Positions 37,838 to 49,750 of a DNA stretch of 64,000 nucleotides are shown here, in pieces. Within the stretch, counting starts at the first letter, position 1; each line of letters starts with the position of its first letter. The position numbers and the translations under genes are program-made. The notes beneath the pieces are model-generated. The model did no database searches. It was not told where the DNA came from and saw only the letters and a list, made by a program, of their open reading frames with translations. Origin of the DNA: Malacoraja senta (taxonomy: Eukaryota); contig JAXLNO010000110.1 in assembly GCA_038087875.1 (NCBI GenBank), forward strand, positions 372,001 to 436,000. The letters run 5' to 3'.

Positions 37838-39039
37838 GTCCATGCCAACCATCAATCTCCCTCTGCTTTTATACAGTGTGGAAACAGGCCCTTCGGCCCA
37901 CCGAGTCCATGCCGACCATCGACCACTTTGTTCACTAGCACTATCCTACACACTATGGACAATTTATTCACAATAGTTCTGTTATCACACTTTCTCATCC
38001 TTACACTAGACAGAGGCCAATTAGCTGTGAAAACCGCACATCTATCAGCACGTGGGAGGGAACAGGAGCACCCGGAGGAAACCCACCCGATCACAGGGAG
38101 AGCGTGCAAACTCCACACAGAGCGTACCAAGGACAGGATTGAACTCGGGACTCTGGCGCTGTGAGGCAGCAGCTCTACCCCTGCAGCACAACTGTACCGC
38201 CCTGGGACCAGTGGGAAAAAAAGCCCAAAGATAAGACACAAAAAGCTGGAGTAACTCAGCGGGTCAGGCAGCATGAGCCAGTTTCCTGCCTGACCCATTG
38301 AGCTACTCTAACATTTTGTGTCGATCTTCGGTGTAAACCAGCATGTTCCTGCCCATATATTTTTAAAAAGCCCAGTTACTTCCCAACACGAATTTGGGAA
38401 AACACAAATTTATGCTCTTTATATACCTGTCAATGGCTCGATTGTAATCATGTATTGTCTTTCCGCTGACTGGTTAGCACGCAACAAAAGCTTTTCACTG
38501 TACCTCGGTACACGTGACAGTAAACTAAAGAGAAACATACATGTCGTTCCTTTGTAGTGAAGGGGTTATGTTTTTACTGACCGTCAGTTAATGATGGTAG
38601 GAAAGATGTTGTCAAGCTGGAAAGGGCGCAGAGAAGATTTACGAGGATGAGAGGAATAGATCGGGTAGACGCACAGAGTCTCTTGCCCAGAGTAGGGAAA
38701 TCGAGGACCAGAGGACAGAGGTTTAAGATTGAGGGGAAAAGATTTAATAGGAATCTGAGGGGTAACTTTTTCACACAGAGGGTGGTGTGTGTATGGAACG
38801 AGCTGCCAGAGGAGGTAGTTGAGGCTGGGACTATTCCAACGTTTAAGAAACAGTTGGACAGGTACAAGGATAGGACAGGTTTGGAGGGATATGGACCAAA
38901 TGCAGGCAGGTGGGACTAGTGTAGCAGGGACATAGGTAGACACAAAATGCTGGAGTAACTCAGCGGGACAGGCAGCATCTCTGGAGAGAAGGAATGGGTG
39001 ACGTTTCAGGTGGAGACCCTTCTTCATGTAGCTGGGACA

Positions 39040-39480
39040 TCAAGTCAAGTCAAGTCAAGTGAGTTTATTGTCATGTGCCCCTGATAGGACAATGAAATTC
39101 TCGCTTTGCTTCAGCACAACAGAACATATAAGGCATTGACTACAAAACAGATCAGTGTGTCCATATACCATTATATAAATATATACACACATGAATAAAT
39201 AAACTGATAAAGTTCAAATAACAGATAATGGGCTATTAATGTTCAGAGTTTTGACCGAGCCAAGTTTAATAGCCTGATGGCTGTGGGGAAGTAGCTATTC
39301 CTGAACCTGGTCGTTGCAGTCTTCAGGCTACCTGAAGGTAGCGGGGAGATGACTGTGTGGCCAGGATGGTGTGGGTCCTTAATGATACTGCCAGCCTTTT
39401 TGAGGCAGCGACTGTGATAGATCCCCTCGATGGAAGGGAGGTCAGAGCTGATGATGGACTGGGCAGTGTTTACTACTTGG
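39040..39480 (-). mobile_element. Rex1/Babar-like LINE 3' end
   Basis: Translates to CLKKAGSIIKDPHHPGH...TTRFRNSYFPTAIRLLN, with an (acttg)n tail. Confidence 0.8.
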
Positions 39481-39857
39481 TTGGTCCTTGTGGGCAAGTT
39501 GGGCTGAAGGGCCCGTTTCCACTCTTTGACAATGACTCAATGATTTTGTCCAAAAGTCAGAAGATGCGTAAACATAATCACTTGATACGGTGACCGTACC
39601 TGCAGCGTAGTGATGAATGCCATTGGAAGACTGGTTTGCAAAAAACAATTACGGAGAGAGAAAGAAAGAGAAAACTGGAGAGACAAGCGCCTGCAGATGC
39701 TGGAATCTTCATTAAAATACAAACTGCTGGAGGAACACAGCGTGGTATAGAGCCAGAGTCATACAGCATGGAAACAGGCCCTTTGGCCCAACTTACCGCA
39801 CAGATCAAGATGCAGTCTACATTAGTCCAACCTGCCTGCACTGGACCCATATCCTTC

Positions 39858-40501
39858 CCTCCCCCACTACCCCCCCCCCACCTCTCCACCCCCCTCCTTC
39901 TCTACGCCCCCCTCTACCCCCTCCTTTTCTACCCCCCCTCCCTTTCTACCCCCCACCCTCTCTACCCTCCCCTCCCTCTATACCCCGCTCCCCTTCCCTC
40001 TCTATCCCCCCTCCCTCTCTACCCCCTTCCCTCTCTACCCCCGTTCCCTCTCTACCACCCTCCCTCTCTACCCCCCTTCCTCTCTGCCCCCCATCCCTCT
40101 CTCTCTACACCCCTCCCTCTCTCTACATCCCCTCCCTCTCTCTCTACACCCCCTCCCTCTCTCTCTACACCCCCTCCCTCTCTCTCTACACCCCCTCCCT
40201 CTCTCTCTACACCCCATCCTCCCTCTCTACACCCCCTCCCTCTCTCTCTACATCCCCTCCCTCTCTCTCTACACCCCCTCCCTCTCTCTCTACACCCCCT
40301 CCCTCTCTAGGGATTGAAGAGGGAGGGTGAAGAGGAGGAGAAGTGCTGGGGGATGAAGAGAAATGAGCTGCACCTGCGCAGTTGGGGACTATGCGTGAGT
40401 GGCGCAATATTGCGTTAGGGGAACGGATTGCGTTGGGGAACGGGTGAGTGGTGGAATCTTGCGTTGGGGGAGCAGACCCAACGGGTCAGCACTTGGTCTA
40501 G
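39858..40501 (+). mobile_element. Helitron-like non-autonomous element with a CT-rich minisatellite body
   Basis: 3' hairpin gcagaccc-aac-gggtcagc (40472-40490) followed by CTAG|T at 40498-40502. Confidence 0.5.
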
Positions 40502-40988
40502 TATCCTTCTAAATCTTTCCAATCCATGTACCTATCCAAATGACGTTTAAACACTGTTATTGTACCTGCCTCAACTACCTCCTCTGGCAGCTCGTTCCAT
40601 CTCCCCACCACCCTCTGTTTGAAAATGGCGTCTTTATTAATTCTTATTCATTTTACCCTCTCACCTTAAACCTATGTCCTCTGGTTCTCGATTCCCCGAC
40701 TCTGGTAAAACAATATATAGAGTCATACAGCGTGGATGAGGCCCTTCGGCCCAACTTGCACGCAGCGACCAACATGTCCCATCTGCCCTCGTCCCACCTG
40801 CCTGCATTTGGTCCATAGCCCTCTAAACCTGTCTTATCCATGTTTCTTAAACGTCGCAATCGTAGCTGCCTCAACAAACCCGTTCCATAAAGCCATCACT
40901 CTTTGTATGAAAAAGTTACCCCTCATTTTATTTGTGTCCTGGCAACATCCTCGTAAATTCACACACCCAGCGGCGATGATATACTTGC

Positions 40989-41091
40989 CTAGGAGTGATT
41001 CGACGGTGGGTACATCTCCGAGGTCCTCCAGCAGTTGGTGAAGTGGGTCACTATGTTCCACCGAGAGGGAGTCTTGATGTTGGAGCAGGAG
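40989..41091 (-). CDS. IQGAP3: IQGAP3-like exon: LLLQHQDSLSVEHSDPLHQLLEDLGDVPTVESLL(G) (GC donor)
   Basis: tttctccag acceptor, 103 nt, phase 0 to 1, donor GCAAGT. Confidence 0.93.
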
Positions 41092-44032
41092 CTGGAGAAA
41101 CACAAGCAAGTCAGGGACTGGCGAATGAACAGCTTCAGAGCCATGTTTGGGACGGACAAATCTCCCACCAAGGAGAGGGAGGCGACACAAGAGTCACAAA
41201 CATGGAAGTAACCATTCAGCCCAACTTGGCCAAGATTCCCATCCAAACCTGTCCCATTGTTCGGGACCTCTAAACCTTTCCGATCCATGTACCTGTCCAG
41301 GACGGCTTAGTGACGCAGCGGTAGAGTTGCTGCCTTACAGCGCTAGACACCAGGGTTCGATACTGACCTAGGGTGCTGTCTTTATGTAGTTTGTACATTC
41401 TCTCTGTGACCGCGTGGGTTTTCTCCGAGTGCTCCGGTTTGTAAGCTAATTGGCTCGGCATCATTGTAATTTGTCCCTCGTGTGTGTGTGTATAAGATAG
41501 TGTTAGTGTGTGGGGATCGCTGGTCAGCACGGACTCGGTGGGTCGAAGGGCCTGTTTTCGCGTAGTATCTCTAAACTAAACCGAACCCAGAAGGACCAGG
41601 AGTAAAGGAGGCAGGTTCACATCTGGACAGAAGGAAGATTTGAACAAGACGGCTGTGATATTAGAAAAAGCAATCGCCTTGCACTTATAGACTCCTCAGA
41701 GCTGAATATAAAATGGTAAGAAGCCGGCCTGAGGCTGAGGAGACCCACTCTAAACCATGGCTACCCCCCTTCTCTGAACGGAGGTGAGAAGGTTGTGGAG
41801 ATGCTGGTTTACACCGAAGAAAGACATAAAATGCTGAAGTAACTCAGGGGGTCAGGCAGCATCTCTGGAGAAAAGGAATAGGGGGCGTTTCGGGTTGAGA
41901 CCCTTCTTCAGACTGAGGGTCAGGGGAGAGGGGAAACCAGAGATATGAACAGGTACAGAACGGCTCAGAGGCGGCACCAATCGCCCCTCCACTATCTTCG
42001 GTGAGAAAGGTTGTGTCAACGATGACTTCTGCCTTCCCCTCGAGAAACATAATCCCTAGTGTGTGTAGGATAATGTTAATGGGATCACTGGTTGGGCCGG
42101 ACTCAGTGGGCCGAAGGGCCTGTTTCTGCTCTGTATCTCTGAACTATACTAAATTAGTAAGGGCGCCAAAGATTACGGGGAGAAGGGAAAAATAGACCAG
42201 CCATGATTGAATGGCAGAGTGGATTCGATGGGCCGAATGGCCAAATTCTGCCCCAAAGTCTTATGAACTGAGATCAGGAGGAGGATCTAGTTATCAACAC
42301 AGATCCAAACAATAGAGTTAGAACGGAGGAGGGTGCACGTAGGGAACACGAGGGCTTCGTGATGCGTACCTGCGGCGTAGAAACCGTTTTATCGGGATGC
42401 ATCACAGCACGGTTTGGGAACAGCTCCATCCAAGACCGCAAGAAATTGCAGAGAGTTGTGGACGCAGCCCAGACCGTCACGCACGCACGCAAACCAACCT
42501 CCCTTGCGATGTCTGTGAAGGGCGTGCAGCATCGTCAAGGACTGCTCTCACCCCAACCACAGCCTGTTTACCCTCCTCCCATCTGGGAGGCGCCACAGGT
42601 CTCTCCGTTGCCGGACCAGCAGCTTCTTCCCTGCGGCTGTTACCCTATTTAACTCTGCACCTTGGTGATTGCCAGACATCCCCCCCACCCCACTCGGACA
42701 CTCCTTCCCCCAGTAACTGATCCCTCTCCCCGAAAATTGCACTACTGCTACTGTATATACATATATATATTCTACTGTTCCATTATTCTGTGTTCACACT
42801 TCTGGGTGAGATGCTAACTGCATTTCGTTGTCTCTGTACTTGTACACTGCACAATGACAATAAAGGTTTGAATCTGAATCTGAATCTTCCACTGACTCCA
42901 TCTACACCTCACGCTGCCCCGGCAAGGCCAGCAGCATAATCACGGACCAGTCTCACCCCCCACCGGTCACTCCCTCTTCTCCCCTCTCCCATCCAGCAAG
43001 AGGTACAGAAGTGTGAAAACACACACACACCTCCAGATTCAGGGACAGTTTCTTCCTGGCTATTATCGGGCAACTGAACCAACCTCTCACCAACTAGAGA
43101 GCGGTCCTGAACTCCCATCCACCTCATTGGAGACCCTTGGACTACCTTTAATCGGACTTTATCTTGCACTAAATGTTATTTCCTTCATCCAGTATCCGTA
43201 CTCTGCAGGCGGCTTGGTTGTAACTATGAAGAAGGGTCTCGACCCGAATCATCACCTATTCCTTCTCTCCACAGATGCTGTCTGTCCCGCTGAGTTACTC
43301 CGGCATTTTGTGTCCATCTTCGATGTAAACCAGCATCTGTAGTTCCTTCCTACACACTTGTAATCATGTGCAGGCATAAGTGATAGTAGAATTAGGCCAT
43401 TCGGCCCATCAATTCTACTCGCCATTCAATCATGCCTGATGTCTCCCTCCTAACCCCATTGTCCTGCTTTCTCCTCATAACCTCGCACATCCGTACTAAT
43501 CAAGAATCTCTCAATCTCTGCCTTAAAAATATCCATTGAGTTGGTCTCCACAGCCTTCTGTGGCAAAGAACACCACAGATTCACCACTTTCTGTCAAAAG
43601 AAATTCCTCCTCATCTCCTTCCTAGAGGAGACACATCCTCTCTATCCAGGCCTTTCACTATTCCGTAAGTTTCAATGAGGTCCCCGCTCAACCTTCTAAA
43701 CTCCAGCGAGTACAGGCCCAGTGCTGTTAAACGCTCATCACAAGTTAAGCCACTCACTCCTGGGATCGTTCTTGTAAACCTCCTCTGGACCCTCTCTAGA
43801 GCCAGCACATCCTTCCTCAGATACGGTGCCCAGAATTGCTCACAGTACTCCAAATGCGGCCTGACCAGTGCCTTATAGAGCCTCAGCATTGCATCCCTGT
43901 CTTTTTACTGCCTGGATAGCACGCAAAAAAGCTTTTCATTGTTCCTCGGTACACGTGACAATAAAGTGACCAATACAAAACAGGAGATGACTATTCAGCC
44001 CCTCTAGTCTCTTCTCCTGCTAGATCACTGAC

Positions 44033-44165
44033 CTTGTGAGTGTTAATCAGCTCCCCAGCAGTTATGTAGATGACTGGCTTGTTGAGGCTGACCATTTCGG
44101 AATACTCATCCACGTTAAACCTCTCCTCCGGTTCGGGAACGTTGCAGGCTGCCAGGAAAAATGTC
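44033..44165 (-). CDS. IQGAP3: IQGAP3-like exon: TFFLAACNVPEPEERFNVDEYSEMVSLNKPVIYITAGELINTHK
   Basis: ttccag acceptor and GTCAGT donor, 133 nt, phase 2 to 0. Confidence 0.95.
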
Positions 44166-44925
44166 CTGGAATTTAAAAAAATCACATCATCAGAAAAAGC
44201 ATTAAGGAGTTTGTACGTTCACCCCGTAACCCCGTGAGTTTCCCCCGAGATCTTCGGTTTTGTCCCACACTCCAAAGACGTACAGGTTTGCAGGTTAATT
44301 GGCTTGGTATAAATGTAAATTGTCCCTAGTGGGTGTAGGATAGTGTTAGTGGGAGGGGATCGCTGGTCGGTGCGGACGCGGTGGGCCAAAGGGCTTGTTT
44401 CCATGCTGTATCTCTGAACTAGACTATACTAAACCACCAGAGAAAGTAGAAGATAGACACAAAATGCTGGAGTAAATCAGCGGGACAGGTAGCAACTCTG
44501 GTTGGAAGGAATGGGTGACGTTTCGGGTCGAGACCTTTCTTCAGACCTTTTTCTGAAGCAGGGTCTCAACCCGAAACACCTTATCCAGAAATGCTGCCTG
44601 TCCCGCTGAGTTACTCTCAGCATTTTGTGTCTATCGTCAGTGTAAACCAGCATCTGCAGTTCCTTCTTACACAGAGAATGTAGTTGAGGCAGGTACAATG
44701 TACAATAACAGAATTTAAACCGATACATGGATAGAAAAGGTTTATAGGGATATGGGGTGAATGGGACTAGCTTAGATGGGGCAGCATGGTCAGCAGCGAC
44801 GAGATGGGCTGAAGTGCCAGTTTCTGTGCACTATGTGTAGGAAACAACTGCAGATGCTGGTTTAAATCGAAGGTGGACTCAAAATGCTGGAGTATCTCAG
44901 CGGGACAGGCAGCCTCTCTGGAGAT

Positions 44926-45237
44926 GGTTACGGTGGCGCAGCGGTAGAGTTGCTGCCTTACAGCGAATGCAGCGCCGGAGACCCGGGTTCCATCCCGACT
45001 GCGGGCGCTGTCTGTACGGAGTTTATACAATCTCCCCGTGACCTGCGTGGGTTTTCTCCGAGATCTCCGGTTTCCTCCCACACTCCAAAGACGTGCAGGT
45101 TTGTATGTTAATTGCTTTGGTAAATGTAAAAATTGTCCCTAGCGGGTGTAGGATGGTGTTAATGTGCGGGGATCGCTGGTCGGCACGGACCGGGTGGGCC
45201 GAAGGGCCTGTTTCCGCGCTGTATCTCTAAACTAAAC
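44926..45237 (+). mobile_element. V-SINE (HE1-like), near-complete
   Basis: Consensus head, V-domain and tail. Confidence 0.85.
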
Positions 45238-45481
45238 AGCTTAGGAAGAAGGGTCTCGACCCGAAACGTCACCCATTCCTTCCCTCCAGAGATGCTGCCT
45301 GTCCTGCTGAGTTACTCCAGCATTTTGTCTCCTCCTTCTGTGCACTATGATTCAGTACACTATGAATCTCCTGCTTAATCACATTCTCTCCACAGCCTGG
45401 TACCCAGAACTCACACAGTATTCCGAGTAATCAAAGCCTTGTACAACTGTAGCAGGAAATCTCAATGACCATACTCTATTT

Positions 45482-46720
45482 TGGTGAGGCAAAAGTTCAC
45501 TTGCACCTCCTCCAGTATCCGGTGTTCTCGGTGCTATGTATTGGCGAGACTAAGAGCAGACTGGGTGACCGTTTCGCTGAACACCTACGCTCAGTCCGTC
45601 TAGGCCCAGGTGAGCTCCCATTTGCCAAACATTTTAACCCCTGTTCCCATTCCCACACTGACCTTTCTTCCCTTCCCACCCGTACCACCCCCTCCCCGGG
45701 CACTTTCCCTTGCAGCCGCAAGAGATGCTACACTTGTCGCTTTACCTCCCCCCTCGACTCCATTCAAGGACCCAAGCAGTCGGTTCCGGGTGCGACAGAG
45801 GTTCACCTGCACCTCCTCCAACCTCTCCATTGCATCCGCTGCTCTAGATGTCAACTGATCTACATCGGTGAGACCAAGCGCAGGCTGGGCGATCGTTTCG
45901 ATGATCGAACTTGGTCCGCAATAACCTACCTGATCTCCCGGTGGCTCAGCACTTCACCTCCCCCTCCAATTCCGAATCCGCCCTTTCTGTCCGGGTCCTC
46001 CTCCATGGCCAAAGTGCGCACCACCGGAAATTGGAGGAGCAGCACCTCATATTTCGCTTGGGCAGTTTATACCCCAGCGGCATGAACATTGACTTCTCCA
46101 ATTTCCAGTAGCCCTTATTGTCTCCTCCCCTTCTCAGCTCTCTGGCTCCTCCTCTTCCTTTCTTCTCCCCCCTCCCCCCCCCCCACCCTACATCAGTCTG
46201 AAGAAGGGTTTGGCCCGAAACGTTGTCTATTTCCTTTGCTCCATAGATGCTGCCGCACCCGCTGAGTTTCTCCAGCACTTTTATCTACCCACACTGATCT
46301 TTCTGTCCTGGGCATCCTCCATTGTCAGAGTGGGGCCCAGCACAAATTGGAGGAACAGCATCTCATATTTTGGTTGGGCAGCTTACACCCCAGCGGCACG
46401 AATATTGATTTCTCTAACGGTAAGTTACCCTTGCATCCCCTCTCTCTCTCTCTCTCCGTCCCTCCTCCACTCTGATCCTGTTGCTAATTTCGCCATTTGT
46501 ATCCCATTCGTTATCACCTCATCCCCAGCCAACAATGGACCATTGTGGGCTCCAAATTCCTAAGTCAACGGTGCAGGCTCTGCCTTGTTCTATACCTTCT
46601 CATATCTCTAGTTTCCCTGTCTGATGAAGGGTCTCGACCCGAAACGTCACCTATTCCTTCTCTCCGAAGTTGCTGCCTGACCCGCTGAGTTACTCCGGCA
46701 TTTTGTCTCCATCTTACCAT
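45482..46720 (+). mobile_element. Cluster of nested or tandem Penelope-like GIY-YIG fragments with two hammerhead motifs
   Basis: Translates to GTFPCSRKRCYTC and CIRCSRCQLIYIGETKRRLGDRF. Hammerhead motifs at 46198-46224 and 46621-46648. Confidence 0.85.
46621..46648 (+). ncRNA. Minimal type I hammerhead ribozyme-like motif (best-preserved core in the window)
   Basis: CUGAUGA-A-GGGUC-UC-GACCC-GAAA-CGUC: intact catalytic core, helix II hairpin and palindromic loopless helix III. Helix I is only ~2 bp in this copy. Confidence 0.6.
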
Positions 46721-46796
46721 GCTCAATCCTTCAGCTCATGAAGACAAGCATATCATTTGCCTTCTTCCCCACTCTGTCTACCATTGTCCTCACTTT

Positions 46797-47850
46797 CATA
46801 GAAACATAGAAAATAGGTGGAGTCGGCCATTCGGCCCTTTCAGCCAGCACCGCCATCCAATATGATCATGGCTGATCATCCAGAATCAGTACCCCGTTCC
46901 TGCTTTCTCCCCATATCCCTTGATTCCGTTAGCCCTGAGTTATATCTAACTCTTTCTTGAAGGCATCCAGTGAATTGTCCTCCACTGCCTTCTGTGGCAG
47001 AGAATTCCACAGATTCACAACTCTGAGAGTTTTTCTTCATCTCAGTCCTAAATGGCCTACCGCCTATTCTTAAACTGTGACCCCTGGTTCTGGACTCCCC
47101 CAATATCGGGAACATTTTTCCTGCATCTAGCCTGTCCAATCCCTTAAGAATGTTATATGTTTCTAATAAGATTCCCTCTCATCCTTCTAAATTCCAGTGA
47201 ATATAAGCCCAGTCGACCCATTCTTTCATCATATGTCAGTCCCGCCATCCCGGGAATTAACCTGGTGAATCTACGCTGCACTCCCTCAATAGCAGGGGAA
47301 TGACCTCCCCCAAATTAGGAGACCAAAATTGCACACAATACTCCAGGTGAGGTCTCACCAGGTGCACGTGGTTAATCCCCGGAAAGGCGGGACCTGTCAT
47401 ACGAGGAAAGATTGGAAAGACTGGGCTTGTAGTCACTGGAATTTAGAAGATGAGAGGGCATCTTATAGAAACATATAAAATTATAAAAGGACTGGACAAG
47501 CTAGATGCAGGAAAAATGTTCCCAATGTTGGGGGAGTCCAGAACCAGGGGCCACAGTCTATGAAATAAAGGGGAGGCCATTTAAAACTGAGATGAGAAAA
47601 TACGTTTTCACCCAGAGAGTTGTGAATTTATGGAATTCTCTGCCACAGAAGGCAGTGGAGGCCAAATCACTGGATGGATTTAAAAGAGAGTTAGATAGAG
47701 CTCTAGGGGCTAGTGGAATCAAGGGATATGGGGAGAAGGCAGGCACGGGTTATTGATTGTGCATGATCAGCCATGATCACAATGAATGGTGTAGTAGGCT
47801 CGAAGGGCCAAATGGCCTCCCCCTTCACCTATTTTCTATGTTTTTTATGC
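46797..47850. mobile_element. Two CR1 3' fragments in inverted orientation
   Basis: Minus-strand copy at 46797-47362 and plus-strand copy at ~47370-47850, covering largely the same 3' region. Confidence 0.85.
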
Positions 47851-49209
47851 AGCACTATTATGAAGGAGCGATCGCTGGTCGCCGTGAATTTGGTGCTCCG
47901 AGGGGCTGTTTATAAAACTGTATCTGTAAAACAGATTAAAAACCCACTCTGGTATTTCGTACCCTAACCCAGGAAGATGAAGAATGACTGGAACTCACTC
48001 AGCTCGGAACAAAACACACTGTGATCAAGCGGAGAACCTTCTGGCAGTGAGTGAGTCAGTTAACGCTCCGCAGTCTGACAGTGAACACAAGCCTGGTTGA
48101 CAGGCACCACGTGAGAGGCTGTGACTGAGAGGCGCTGCCTCCTTCCCCACAGTCTGTTACAGAAGCTGCTTCCCGCTGTGCACCAGAAGAGAGGCCAGAC
48201 TTCCCTCCCCAAACACGCGCCCGCCATCAAAGGGCCAGACATTAAAGCAGCTAGCAACCTTCCCTTGTCAGATGGAATGTGTAGGAAGGAACTGCAGACG
48301 CTGGTTTAAACCAAAGGTGGACACAAAATGCTGGAGTAACCCAGCGGGTCAGGCAACGTCTCTGGAGAGAAGGAATGGGTGACGTTTCGGGACGAGACCT
48401 TTCTTCAGACTGATGTCAGGGGCGAGGGAGATACATCGATAAGGAAGTGGAGTGTGAAAATAGGACAAAAGGAATGGAGATCAAGGAAAATGTTTGTCAG
48501 AGTGAGGCCCAGCGCAAATTGGAGTAACACCACCTCATATTTTGCTTGGGCAGCTTATACCCCAGCGGTATGAACATTGAGTGTAGGAAAGAACTGCAGA
48601 TGTTGGTTTAAATTGAAGGTAGACACAAATTGCTGGAGTAACTCAACGGGACCGGCAGCATCTCTGGAGAGAAGGAATGGGCGACGTTTCGGGTCGAAAC
48701 CCTTCTTCCTCAGGTGAAAACTGATTGAAACTCAATCAGCTCAGAACAAAACACACTCTGATCAAGCGGAGAACCTTCTAGCAGTGTGAGACCCTTAGGA
48801 AGAAGGGTCTCACCCCATTCCTTTTCTCCAGAGATGCTGCCTGCCCCGCTGAGTTACTCCAGCATTCTGTGTCTACCTTCGGAATGAACATTGACTTCTC
48901 TAACTTCAAGTAACCCTTGCTTTCTCTCTCTCTCCATCCCTCCCCCTTCCCAGTTCTCCGACCAGTCTCACTGCCTCCGACTACATTTTATCTGTTTGCT
49001 TTGTTGTTACCTTCTCCCCGCTAACAATGATCTAGTCTACCTTCTCCTTGATCGCCGTTCCCTTTGTCCTATTTTCACACCTTCACACTCACTCATTCTC
49101 CCCGGACTCTCAGTCTGAAGAAGGGTCTTGACCGGAAATGTCACCCATTCCTACAGAGATGCTGCCTGTCCTGCTGAGTTACTCCAGTATTTTGTGTGGA
49201 CATATATAT

Positions 49210-49750
49210 TATACTGTATATAGACACACATATGTGTGAGTGTGTATGTGTGAGTGAGTGAGAGCGTGAGTGTGAGAGCGTGTGTATGTGTTTATGTGTG
49301 AGAGAATGAGTGTGAGTGAGAGTGTGAGAGTGTGTGAGTGAGTGAGAGTGTGAGTGAGTGAGTGAGAGTGTGAGTGAGTGTGTGTATGTGTATATGCTTG
49401 TGTGTATGTGTGCGTGCGTGTGTGGGTATGTGTGAGTGAGTGAGAGTGTGAGAGAGTGAGTGTGTGTGTGTGTGAGTGAGAGTGTGAGAGAGTGAGTGTG
49501 TGTGAGTGAGAATGTGAGAGAGGGAGTGTGTGCGTGCGTGTGTGTGAGTGAGAGTGTGAGTGTGAGTGAGTGTGTGTATGTGTATATGCGTGTGTATGTG
49601 TGCGCGCGTGTGTATGTGTGCGTGCGTGTGTGGGTATGTGTGAGTGAGTGAGGAGTGTGAGAGAGTGAGTGTGTGTGAGTGAGTGTGAGAGAGGGAGTGT
49701 GCGTGTATTATGTGAGTGAGAGTGTGAGAGAGGGAGTGTGTGTGTGTGTA
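49210..49750. repeat. (GT)/(GA)-rich compound microsatellite
   Basis: Read directly from the sequence. Confidence 0.95.

Noticed and set aside
39636..40310. 224-aa Pro/Leu/Ser-rich ORF
   Set aside because: It is a translation of a CT-rich minisatellite.
41580..41790. Possible plus-strand exon ending in ATG|GTAAGA
   Set aside because: The frames I checked contain stops, there is no good acceptor, and I recognise no homology.
44926..45005. tRNA gene (also at 19401, 37540 and 61030)
   Set aside because: These are tRNA-derived SINE heads that continue into SINE bodies.
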